A stretch of 64,000 nt of DNA from Lama guanicoe (taxonomy: Eukaryota), in assembly GCA_013239625.1 (NCBI GenBank), contig MU056905.1, forward strand, positions 21,003,552 to 21,067,551, given 5' to 3'. Below the pieces are notes generated by a model. The model ran no database searches, was not told the DNA's origin, and worked only from the letters and a program-made list of their open reading frames with translations. Every line of letters begins with the position of its first letter. Within the stretch, counting starts at the first letter, position 1. Shown here piece after piece: positions 25,791 through 36,829 of this stretch. The translations under genes were made by a program, and so were the position numbers.

Positions 25791-26169
25791 TGCTATGCAT
25801 GATAATTATCCAAGAGAGGGATAATAAATAAAACATTTTACAAACTTATTTGACTAGAGAATACTCTTACTGAGAATCTCCTGGGGACACCAGTCTTGGA
25901 AAAACAAAGTTACTGCACAATTACCTTGTACACATTTATTTATATATCATATCCCTTTTCCCAAACACATATCTACATTTTAAGATAAACAAGAAAAACT
26001 GTTTCCCTTAAATGATACATTCTCCTGGCTTGGAGGGTGGTACTGGGGAGCCATCCTATCTACTACCAAAAGGTAGTAGACTTTCTAGGTGAAAGGCATT
26101 CCCTGTAACAAAGGATTAAGTCAAAAGCACAGAGACTATTTAGACCAGGAAATAAAGTTTATCTAGTGT

Positions 26170-26574
26170 TGCTATGAATTGAATTGTGTCTCCTCAGAAA
26201 ATGTATGTTGGAATCATAACTCCCAATACCTCAGCATGTGACCAAATTTGGATATAGGGTCTTTACAGTGGTAATCAAATTAAAATGAAGTCATTAGAGT
26301 GTGCCCTAAACCAACATGGTGCATTCTTATAAGAAGAGGAATTCAAGAGGCAGACAGATACATAGGGAGAACACCTTATGAACATGAAAAATCTATCTAC
26401 AAGCCAAGGAAACAGGCCTGAAACAGCTTCTCCTCTTACAGCCCTCAGGAGGAACCAGCCCCACTGACACTTTGATTTTAGACTTCTAGCCTCCAGAACT
26501 GAGACTATAAATTTCCGATGTTTAAGCCACCCAGTTTATGGTGCTTTGTTATGACATCCCTAGCAAGTGAATAA
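26170..26574 (+). mobile_element. MLT1A/B/C-type MaLR solo LTR
   Basis: TGCTATGAATTGAATTGTGTCTCC...AGGGTCTTTACAG...GACTTCTAGCCTCCAGAACTG...TTTAAGCCACCCAGTTTATGGT. Confidence 0.85.
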
Positions 26575-26579
26575 GGGCC

Positions 26580-27075
26580 TCTGCTTTTTTTGCCTGCTTT
26601 TCATCTGTTCTTCCTGTGGTTCTTTTGGGGAACTCCCCATCCCCTCCTCTTAGTTCATGTGGTTCTTCTGGATCTGATTCAATCTGTTGCCCCAGGAATT
26701 AGCAATGACCCAGGCTTAAACAATCAGTGTGTCTCATTCCCTGACCACAGTAATTGGCCAGTGAAAATAGGCCAGGTTTTTTGCTGAAATCTTTTCAGGA
26801 GTTGCTATGCTGATGGACTAGAGGCCTGGAGCTAGTGGTGGCCACCTTGCTAGCATGAGGGAATAAGCTTCCTGGAAGTGAAGCCATTGCAGAGGGAAGC
26901 CAATCTGAGAGATGGGGAGAAAAAGAGTTCTGATAATAAACAATTTGAGCACTTGGATACAGCTGTTTCTGAAATTGCATACTGCTCTACTTTTCCATAT
27001 ATGTGCAACAACTTCTCTTTTATTTGGGTTTGATTTGGGTTTCTTTCATAGCAACGGAAAGAGTTGTGATTAAAT
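26580..27075 (+). mobile_element. Older MLT1-type LTR
   Basis: GAGGCCTGGAGCTAGTGGTGGCCACCTTG...TTGAGCACTTGGATACAGCTG...TTTGGGTTTCT...GCAAC. Confidence 0.65.
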
Positions 27076-28589
27076 GATACAGCCAGTTATTCCTACCTAC
27101 TTCCAACTGCCTCTGGACTTTCTCCAGACATATTTTTCTTTGTTTCCTAGCTACATCCTGAATTCCCAGGATATTCCTCCCCTTTACGCTGTGGAGAAAC
27201 TCCAGTACAGAAGTGAGGGGTAAGTAGCATTTTTACACCTTTTATCTTCTTTAGTCTGCATGAAACTTGAAAGAAAGTGTAGTCCTAAGCTGATTTTTTG
27301 CAGACTCCCTTTTAAGTACACATTCAACCTCAGAGAAAGTTTTGCTGTAAAATATCAAGGACAGTTTGAAGGAAGAATGTGAGAAAAATCTAGGTCTTGG
27401 CAAATTGTATCACTCATTGCTAAGTAACATCAAGTGAATAATTGAAATTGAGAATGAAACACCCAAAATGATTGAAAGTAGACAAAATTAACTAAATTCC
27501 TAGTATTCCCAAACAAGTCTCCTTATTTTAGAGTAAAAATATAAATTTGAAAATAAAAATTGTATAAGTAGAATGTACATGTGATTTTACTTTTGATCAT
27601 GAAATGAGATATATTGGACAGGAGGTAGAGGGAAAATATGCTGAGCTGTCTGTGGTCCTGAAAATCCAACTGTTAAAAACATGGATACTTTTTATTACTT
27701 ACTTTTATTATAAGAAATGATGAGACATTTTCTCATAAAGACAGTGATTCTTAAAGAAATCTAAATACAGAGAGATAATTTAACTCATCTTTTTTGACTT
27801 TAATTACTCCTAAGCAGATAAATTAATGAAGCAGATTGCTTTTCTTATTCTGATAGAGAGCTTTAAATTAGAATAATGTACAGCTACAAAGTAATCATGA
27901 ATAAAAACAGGAAACTAAACAGGAACTAAAATGTCTTATCTTCTTGGTCTCAATTACAGTTTTCTTACAAGGAAAAACAACTCTCTTATCAAAGCTTAAA
28001 TATTGTCGCATAATCTTCCTTGTTAGATTTTTCTTTCTTATATTTATAAACAAAAGCCTTTTTAGAATTATTCATTTTATTATGATATTTAAATAAATGT
28101 AGTTCTGTATTCTTGATGCTTTTTGGATGCTTTTTCTATTTGCAGCACATTTTAGAGTTTGATTTGTTGTGTTTTATTTTGTTTCTGTCGAAGTTAGAGA
28201 GAAAAGAAACATTTCTGCAATGTGGGCATACACCTTGGTCACTGAGCTTCCTATAATATGGCTTCGCACAGGGTGGAAGGCAGACGTGTGTCTGTGAAGG
28301 AAGTACTACGTGTTTATATTATCAATGAGGAAAACTGAGTTTCATAGCACTTAACATTGTACAATAAACAAGTTGCAGGATCCAAACTTGAGACTAACTT
28401 TATGTCTAAAATTAACCTTCCTCAAACAGTCTTCCTGGTAACTTACCAGTATAATATTACCTGGCTGGCTTTGCACTTTGTGGTTCTTCTCCATCATTGT
28501 GAGAGGATGTTTAATCCCCATAGCCAGGTAGTTAAGCCCATAAAGACTCTCAACTCATGTTGCATCTTCTTTGATAAAGATAAGCCACA

Positions 28590-28780
28590 TGACCTATGGT
28601 CAGAGCATAAGCTTTGTAGTTGGACAGGCCTGGTTTCAAAGTTTGGACTGCTAGACAGCTCTGAGCCTCAATTTCCTCATTTGTAAAACAAAGTTAACAG
28701 CACCTGCCTTGTATTAAATGTGTGTAAAGAGATTAGCAAAGTATCAGATACATCATAATGTTCAACAAGTGTTGGCTTTT
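28590..28780 (+). mobile_element. MIR SINE
   Basis: CTCTGAGCCTCAATTTCCTCATTTGTAAAA. Confidence 0.75.
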
Positions 28781-29079
28781 ATATATGCTGTATATGTTCC
28801 AGATGTACAGATAGATGGTTGCAGTGATGGGCACCTAGCACCTAGCTGGAATTCTTAGTAAACAAAAAGAAATGATTTAGGAGCACTGTCGAAGGTGCAT
28901 TTTGTGATAGCTTAAATTCTCAGATACATCAAACGCCAATAGAAGATAGTATAATAGTTCACCTAGATTTCTCAGTAAGGACTTAGTAAGTTTTTGTTGA
29001 ATTTGAGTTAAATGTTGGTTTGCCTCCACACACTTTTCTTTGCCTCACTCTACATCCTTTCTCTTATTTCTGTGCTTCA

Positions 29080-30430
29080 GTAATTATTTCTAGATGCATT
29101 TATAAATCCAGCCAGGTTATTTTTCCTAGAGCTCTAAGCCTGTATATCTAATTGCCTAATAGACTTTTCTGTGCCCTCGAGGTCAGTATGTCACAGAATT
29201 AGCTCTTTATTATCCATCCTCATCCTCATTCCATATCCCAGCAAATGAAATTTCAGTTGACTAACCAGAAACCCAAAGTCTTCCTTACCCTCACATCCAA
29301 TCAGCCCCCACCTACTATTCTGTCTTCAGAATATCTTTCCCCACACATCCCTTCTCTTTCTCCTCTCAATTTCTCTGCTGCCACTGGTTCTTCATCATCT
29401 CTTTCCCTCTAAATCCCCCTGCCCTCTCCAATCCATCCTCTTCCCAACTGTCAAAGTGACACTTTTAACCTAAAAACCTTATCATGTCATTTGTTACCCT
29501 GCTCACACTCCTCCAATGGCCCCCTTCCTAGACTTACTTTGCCTTGACATTTCTAGAGTTTAAAAAGTAGTACTCACTTGAAAGGAACCAAAGACATACA
29601 GAGATCAAAATGATGGCTCTATTAATGAAAATACAAAGAACTAGGCTTAGGTTCGGGGAAACAATAGCTCGCTAATCCTACACCCCAGAATTAGATTGCC
29701 TGACACCTGGATACCCACAGAAAGATCTCTTCCTGTAAGGACAGACTTCTTTTACAGGTGGCCAAGAATGCATCAGAAGAGATACTCTACACAGGGTAGA
29801 AGAGAAATAGAGTCAAATTCCTTGCCCCTGGACATGAGTAAGCAAGGAGATAGAAAAGCCGGGGAAGTAATGCCAGCTGGGTCCCCATGCAGGGAAACAC
29901 AAAACTAGCAGAAGTAAACTTTCTACTCGTGACCCCAACCTCAAGAGTGTACCCATCAGCCAAGCCTTTTATGTTGTCACTAACTGCTTCTCAAGCACAC
30001 CTCGTCCCGGCCCTCTCCACTGACTTCTCTCTCTCTGACTTCCATTCTTGCTGAAGGACTTGCAGGGTCCTGAACACACCAGGTCTTCTCTTGTTTCTGT
30101 GCCTTTGTACATCCTCTTCCCTCTGCTGGGAATGCTCCCTCCATAGGTTTCTGCCCAGTAACATTTTCTCTGTTACTCATCCTTCAGGTCACAGCTGCCT
30201 CCTCTTGAAGTCTCCTTGCCCTCACTCTGGCAGTCCTACTCTAGGGCTCTCACTGTATATTGTACACATTCATATCCATCTGCCTGGTTATCTTTCCCTT
30301 ACAAAGTTGGAAGCCTTTTGAGAACAGAGACCTACACTTTGATCTTTGGATACCCAGGACCTAGAACAGTGAATACAGAATGATGAGCACACAGAATAAC
30401 CTCTAATAAACATGCGATGATGAAGTGAAT
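29080..30430 (+). mobile_element. L2 fragments (29080-29530, 29975-30430) split by an unassigned insert
   Basis: CTCACATCCAATCA, CTCCAATCCATCCTC, CCTCTGCTGGGAATGCTC, terminal ATGAAGTGAATG. Confidence 0.7.
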
Positions 30431-30779
30431 GTATACTGGGCCTCCATTATTTTGCCTCTTCGGCATTCCATTACCCCTTCTTATGGAACCAGCAGCTTGA
30501 TTTTCCTTGGAGGGCTAACACCCTTCTCCAGTTCCTCATATAGGAGCCAACAAGATCCAATTTGAATCTTGAGCAGAGGGTCACAAAAACCAAGGGCAGT
30601 GTTTATGAATTTTGATAATGGTGCCCAAGTGCACCTAGTTGATAATGAATGATGAATGTTTGTTGAAGAAAAGAAAAGGGAGGGAAGTAGAGAGGAAGGC
30701 AGGAAGAGAGGGTGGGAGGGAGAGAGGAATGGAGGAAGAGAGAGAGAAAGGGAGAGAAGGAAAAAGCAGTTTAGAATAG

Positions 30780-32460
30780 CACTCTGCTGAGGACGCCAGG
30801 GACCACTGGGAAAAATCAGTCTGGCTGAGTTACAGACTGGGAGCTGTAAACCCTAGGGTCTAGACGCCTCATACCTTCTCAGCTAAACAGTTCGGTATTT
30901 AAATGGCTCCTTCCTAGCCTGGACTATTTTGGTACATCTATTATTGGCTCCCATTTAGTGTCTGTTTATTTAAATCTGCTTTCATCTGGAACATAATTCT
31001 CTTGATTATCGGTTAATGCTGTGGCCCAGTAGGAATACTGATAATTGTCACTGTGCACATTCTGCTGGAAATATAAAATTATTATCTTTAGAGCGGTTGA
31101 GTAGAGTGTTTGAGCACGGATGTTATGCAGTGTGATTTGTAGCGTGCTAATTCCTTGGCTCTTTTACCTTGCTCTGCAGGCTGTCCTGCCAGCTGCCCCC
31201 AGAAACTCAGGTAGACACCCATCTCCCCAGCATTCCTGCCATTCGTTTTCAGCTGCAAGGAGAAGGCAGTCTCCCCTCACTCAGAAGCTTAGGGATTCCT
31301 TCGTGGTCATCAGTGACCAAGGGGCCAGAGGCACAGACCCTGGGTGCCAGTCACTGTCCTGGTTCTCCACTGCCTTCGAGGGGGCTGCCTGAAACAGGGG
31401 ACAAAATTTGAGCTGCACAGCCCCAGTAGAGAGCAGCCTGAAGGCAGTGGTTAGAGCCGGCACCGACTGGGGCAGCGGTTCCTAGGCTTTACACCCTCCA
31501 CACCTCACTGGCCTCCCCTTCCCCTCCCCGACCCCTTACCTGCTCCCATCCCTCCCACCTCTTACCCGCCTTTACCTACCTCCAGCTCTCAGCTCCCCAC
31601 CCTAAGCGAGCTGCCTCTTCATTTACAAGCAGCATCACTAATTGCTTTTTAGGGTCCCTTTTCTACTCTCTGTTCAAAATTCATGGGGCGTTCCCTAGCC
31701 CTTTTATGCTACTTTTCTGAACCTTTTCAGCCTCTTTTACAAACTTAGCACTTTCTGTGCCTCTTTTAGTCTTTGGGAGAAGAAAGGGACTTGAGAGGGG
31801 GTTTTCTTTTTTGGCAATAAAGCTCCTTCTCCTGTACTGAATGGGGCTTTGTGCAGGGAATTTCCGGAACATAGCCCAGTGCCCAGGCCTCTGTGTGAGG
31901 AGAGNNNNNNNNNNNNNNNNNNNNNNNNNNNNNNNNNNNNNNNNNNNNNNNNNNNNNNNNNNNNNNNNNNNNNNNNNNNNNNNNNNNNNNNNNNNNNNNN
32001 NNNNNNNNNNNNNNNNNNNNNNNNNNNNNNNNNNNNNNNNNNNNNNNNNNNNNNNNNNNNNNNNNNNNNNNNNNNNNNNNNNNNNNNNNNNNNNNNNNNN
32101 TGCTCCTCAAACAGCCTCAGAGGGGAGGGAGAAGCCAAACCGTCCCCCAGCCGTCTCTGTCTTTCAAATATCCATGTTTGAGGCTGCTTGGGGGCTCCTT
32201 GTCATTTGCCGTGCATCAGCAGGCCAAACAATCACAATTAAAATTTCTCTCTCCCCAACCCTGGCATCTCCCCGGCTCTCCACCCCACAGTCCAGTTGCA
32301 GACCTCTCTCTAACTTAATATTCAGCTGGCACTGGGTTTCATCATTTTCTGCAAGGGCCTCTCGACTTTCCTTCTCAACCATTTCAAAGGAAATTGCTTT
32401 AATATTTTAGGAGAGTTTGGGTTGCTTGCATGCAGGGTTTATGCCCCTCCTGTGTATGGT
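30780..32460. promoter_or_regulatory. Candidate non-coding enhancer island around N block 31905-32100
   Basis: 1.7 kb without recognisable repeats; CAGCTG E-boxes at 31190, 31250, 32323; AAACAAT 32226 next to ACAATTA 32234. Confidence 0.55.
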
Positions 32461-32479
32461 GAAGAGGAAAATAATAGAA

Positions 32480-33575
32480 TCATAGAGTCTGTGTGATAGA
32501 AGGAATCTTAATCATGGTCCCCAGATGAGGGTCTGGAGGCCCAGATCTAGGAATGGACTTGCTCATGTTGCAGAGTTATTTAGGAAAAGGTGGGGGTCCA
32601 GAGCCCAAGGCCCCAGCCCCCAATCCTGTGCTTTTCCTCACTACACCACTCTGAAGTAGCATGAGAAGCAGATTGGCAGAGAAAGAAACAGTCTGTGCAC
32701 CTCAAAAATTGAGACTGATAGAAAGGCAGGTTCTGCTTTCAGAGGAATGCGGGATCCCTACCCTCCTTCCTTTCCAGGTGAAACATGAATTTCCCCCAAT
32801 CCTGTGATGAGCATCCTTGGAGGCATATTAATTTTACTTGCTACCTAGACTTTCCTCATTGTAGATTTGCGGCATCTCTCCTAGGTCCTGAATTAGATGA
32901 GACTCAACTTAGCATTCTAGAACATGCTAGCCACTCATCTGCTTCAGCCCCACCACCCTACACTCCCCATTTGACAGAAATCCAGTGACTTGCCCAAAGT
33001 CACAAAGCACTTAAAATAAAATCAAGCTCCTCTCCATGACCTACACAGCCTTGCATGATCTGGCCTGGCCAATCTGCCTCATCTTCTACCTGTCTCCCTA
33101 CAATTCAGTGCATTCCAGCTGTGTCTTTCTGTCCCCCCTTGTACATGACAAGCCCACTTCTGCCTCAGGACATTCATCCTTGCTCTTCTCTCTGCCTGGA
33201 AGCTCTGCCCCCAGGTCTTTGTGGGGCTGGATCCTTTCAAGACTCAGCTTATATGTCACCGCCTCAGGAAGACCATCTCTGTTCACACACTATCAGTTTA
33301 ACTTTTCCTGTGGTCCTTTTAAATTTCCTTTATAGCATGTATTGTTATAATTTTTAATAATTAATTATTATTTATCAGAGATATCTATTATATTTATTAT
33401 CATCATTGTTATTTTTTATAGCTATTTGTAGCTTATTTTTTTATCTGCTTCGTTGTCAAACATAAACTCTGTGGGAATTCTATGCCTTGTTTATCATTGT
33501 ACCTACAGAGTCTAGGGTAGCCTGAAACAAAGAAGATTTGGAACAGTAAATGTTTGATGAATAAATAAATGAAGG
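32480..33575. mobile_element. MIR (minus, 32480-32650) and L2 3' end (plus, 33000-33575)
   Basis: CAGATGAGG...GAGGCCCAG; CCTGGAAGCTCT...TGTTTGATGAATAAATAAATGAA. Confidence 0.7.
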
Positions 33576-36061
33576 CATTTGCTCATCGGTGGTAGATACG
33601 AAAGTTAAAACCAAAGCCGCCTAACTCCCAATGTGATATCTTTTTTCTTGGAGGCATTCACTGTTGGATGAGAAAGGGAACAGCATTCGTGTGTTTTTAA
33701 GTACTTCCTTAGAACCCAGTGTTTCCCAAGCCCTAAAAAATTGCTGTTGTTGTTATTATTATTATTACTTCACTAAAGAGCCTTTTTAGATAGTTTTTGC
33801 CTCATTGACCCCTATGAAATTATCAAAGATGTCCTGTACATCTATTTATGTACTGTGGCTCTTCAAAAGGCTGCAAGTTATTGTCATGTCTGAGATTTCC
33901 CCACCCCAAGAACCAATTTTTGCCTCCTTGAGAGTGCATATTATAAGCAACACAGTCACTCAGAGTAAAAGCTTACAGATTTCTGATGGTGCTATAAAAC
34001 AGGGAAATTAATTCTGTCCCAGATGAAAATGGAGGAGAATTGTCTCAGAGCTTAGGTGTGGAAGAATTCTAACCATTGAAAATGACAAGAATAGCCAGAA
34101 AGGATGGTGGATGTGTTAACTTTGGGCTTCAAGCCCAGCCCTCATATTACATACTTCACAAAGGTTTTTTTTTTTTTTTTAAAGATCTTTAGAAAAACCC
34201 TTTCAGCTTAGGTAAATGTGGTGTTAAACCACTAATCGTTAACCCCTTGCCTCTTCTTATTCAGCTCTTAATCAGATTATACAAAAGCTTTCAGATGTTC
34301 TTGGTTTCCAGTGCCACTGTGTGAGGATAAAGTAGAGTTTCTAAAATGCTGGCTCGGAAGGCAACATTGTAAACTTTTACTGCTGGATGTAGGTCCACAA
34401 AATAAATTCTTCATTTAAAAAAAATCATCACTGCCAATTGAAAGCACCTGTAGATTAAAGGCTGAATAGCTCTGTTCCGTATGTTCATTTATGCATCCAT
34501 TAATTCAACAAGTGTGCATTGAGTCCCTCCTGTGTGCCAAGTACTGTGCTAGGGGCTACAAAGATATGTTATTTTCATAGCATTTATACATAAGTACCAG
34601 GTACCAGGGAATGGAATCTACTTTTTTAGGTTGCATGATTAAAAGCATAATCATTATTTGACCTCTCTGATACACATTATCTATGTATAGAGTTCTTGGA
34701 GATGCTACACAAATTATCTCCTTAGTAGAAAAGTTAGGAGTCTACCCCGCATGTAGTGGACATCTGTTTTGTTGCCTCCCCAGCATCCTTCCTTTTCTTT
34801 TTATAGTTACAGCAACCCCCTCCTCTTAGGGGAACTAGCTCCCTAGTCCATGGATCCTGCAATTATTTGCGATTCAGAGTACCCTAGCCTTCACTGGATG
34901 GAGGACAGATAACCCAGGCAAGGACAATCCCTGGCCAATTAATTGCACCAGAGATGCATGGCCCTAAAGTAACAGGAAAGTGTCTTCCTCTGGGTGCTTC
35001 TGCCTTTAAAAGATCCAGGTGACACCATTGGAACCCATGCTTCCACTTCTACTCAAGGAGCCTAAGGGAAGGAAGAATTAATTTTAGAAGTTAAAGGTCT
35101 CTAGGGATCAGTCTAGGGAGATCCCTAGGGAAGGCTGCTGTTACTTACTGCTACCACATTGAAAAAGAATGAAACCAGAGGGCAAAGTTAACATGAATTC
35201 CAAAAAGGAAGGTGGGGGCCGCATTCCTGAATATCAAGTCTGAATTTAGATCTGAAGTCAGGAGTTAAGAGTTGATTAGGGAAGGCCGAGAGAGCTAATA
35301 TATCAGGAATTGGCAAATAGGTCCTGGGTGATTGAATCATATACCATTTGGTGTTTTTGTTGACTTTATAGGCCAGCAATATGGTAAACCTAGTGACTGG
35401 CAGGCTTACAGGGCCTGAGGCAGGGAAGACTCTTAACGGGTTTTAATTCCTCCTTTTAGAAGTTTCTTGATCTATTGACTTCTGAGAAACACTTATTGTT
35501 CAGGTCCTTCCTCCTTCTTTCTGCCATTGACATGCCCCAGATTTTTGCATTCAGCCCTTCTGTTTCCTCATTCTACCACACAATTCTCATCTTCCCCTGC
35601 GGTAAGCTGAACAGTGCTCCCCCAACAAAGATGTCTTTAAAAAGTGAAGGATTTAGTGTTTTATATGCTTTTCCTTGGACTCTGGGAAAGTCATAATTAT
35701 CATACAGCTTTTAGATTTTTTTCCTTTGCAACATTATAATTTTCTCTAATTACTCTTCAACTATTCATTAAGGAAAGCCATAATCACTCCTGTAGCTTTG
35801 TGTGGAGTGGTGCTGGGAGGTTAAAGAGGAAGGACAGTTAGAGAAGAGAGTGATCCGCCCTCATCCATTTCTCTGGTTTCTTCAGTAAATCAAGCAGTGA
35901 TCCAAGCTAGAAGTGGGAGTGATGGAGAATACAGGACACTGAGCAGCAGATTCCAAAGCTCAGTTCCAGAGAAACATCAGAGGAAAACTCCCACTTTTCC
36001 AACTATATACTTAAGGAAGAAAACCCTAGAAAGGTGGGTTGGGGAAGTGGGAGATGAAACA

Positions 36062-36481
36062 CAATGGGGTATCAGAGTTGGCTGCTACTGCCTTATAAGA
36101 GCCAATTGCTAAATTTTCCTGAATTTTGTGAGTCAGTTTTTAAATATAGCCACTATTAAAAGTTAAATTAGCTTACACCAAAATAAATTATATCAAAAAA
36201 AGTTATATCCAAAACTCATCATGTCCTGTTTTACTACCCATCTATGCTCTTGATGTTATTTACATCGATTATATCAGTAGCTGTGTCACGGAAATACTAT
36301 ATAGTGCTGTGTTACTATTCATTTCTTCCCAAATCTGTGTTTGGTGATGTCATGTTGATTGCTGAGATCAGCTCTAACAGGAGGATCTTCAGATAACAGA
36401 AAGTAGTACAAATCAAGCTGCTGTTCCCACCCCCTCCCTAGCCATAGAGTCAGTTGTTAAATATTTTCCAGAACATCACTA
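36062..36481. mobile_element. MER63-like hAT DNA transposon
   Basis: GAGCCAATTGCTAAATTTTCCTGAATTTTGTGAGTCAG...CAAAACTCATCA...TCTATGCTCTTGATGTTATTTACATC...GAGTCAGTTGTTAAATATTTTCCAGAACATCACT. Confidence 0.8.
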
Positions 36482-36829
36482 GTGAATCCTGACTCCAGGG
36501 CTATAGAAAATTTTACTAGTGTACTTACTATGCCTGAGAGAAAAAGGGCCTCATGTTTAAAATCATAGTATGTGAAGGCACTAAGACATATTTGAGATAA
36601 ACTATGGCATTTAATGGTCATTGTAAAGACTTGATAATATTGTGTACATTTTTACAAACAAGAGAACTGAGACTCAGAAAAGCTTTTTTTTTTTAATGTT
36701 TCCAAAACCATTCAGCCATATACTGCTTTTAGTTGCAAAGAGAGACACAAAGAAATTATATTCGGTCCTTGATCTATAGGAATTCAAACTATTAAGTGAG
36801 GAGTTAAGGATATGAATAGGAAAAGTTTA

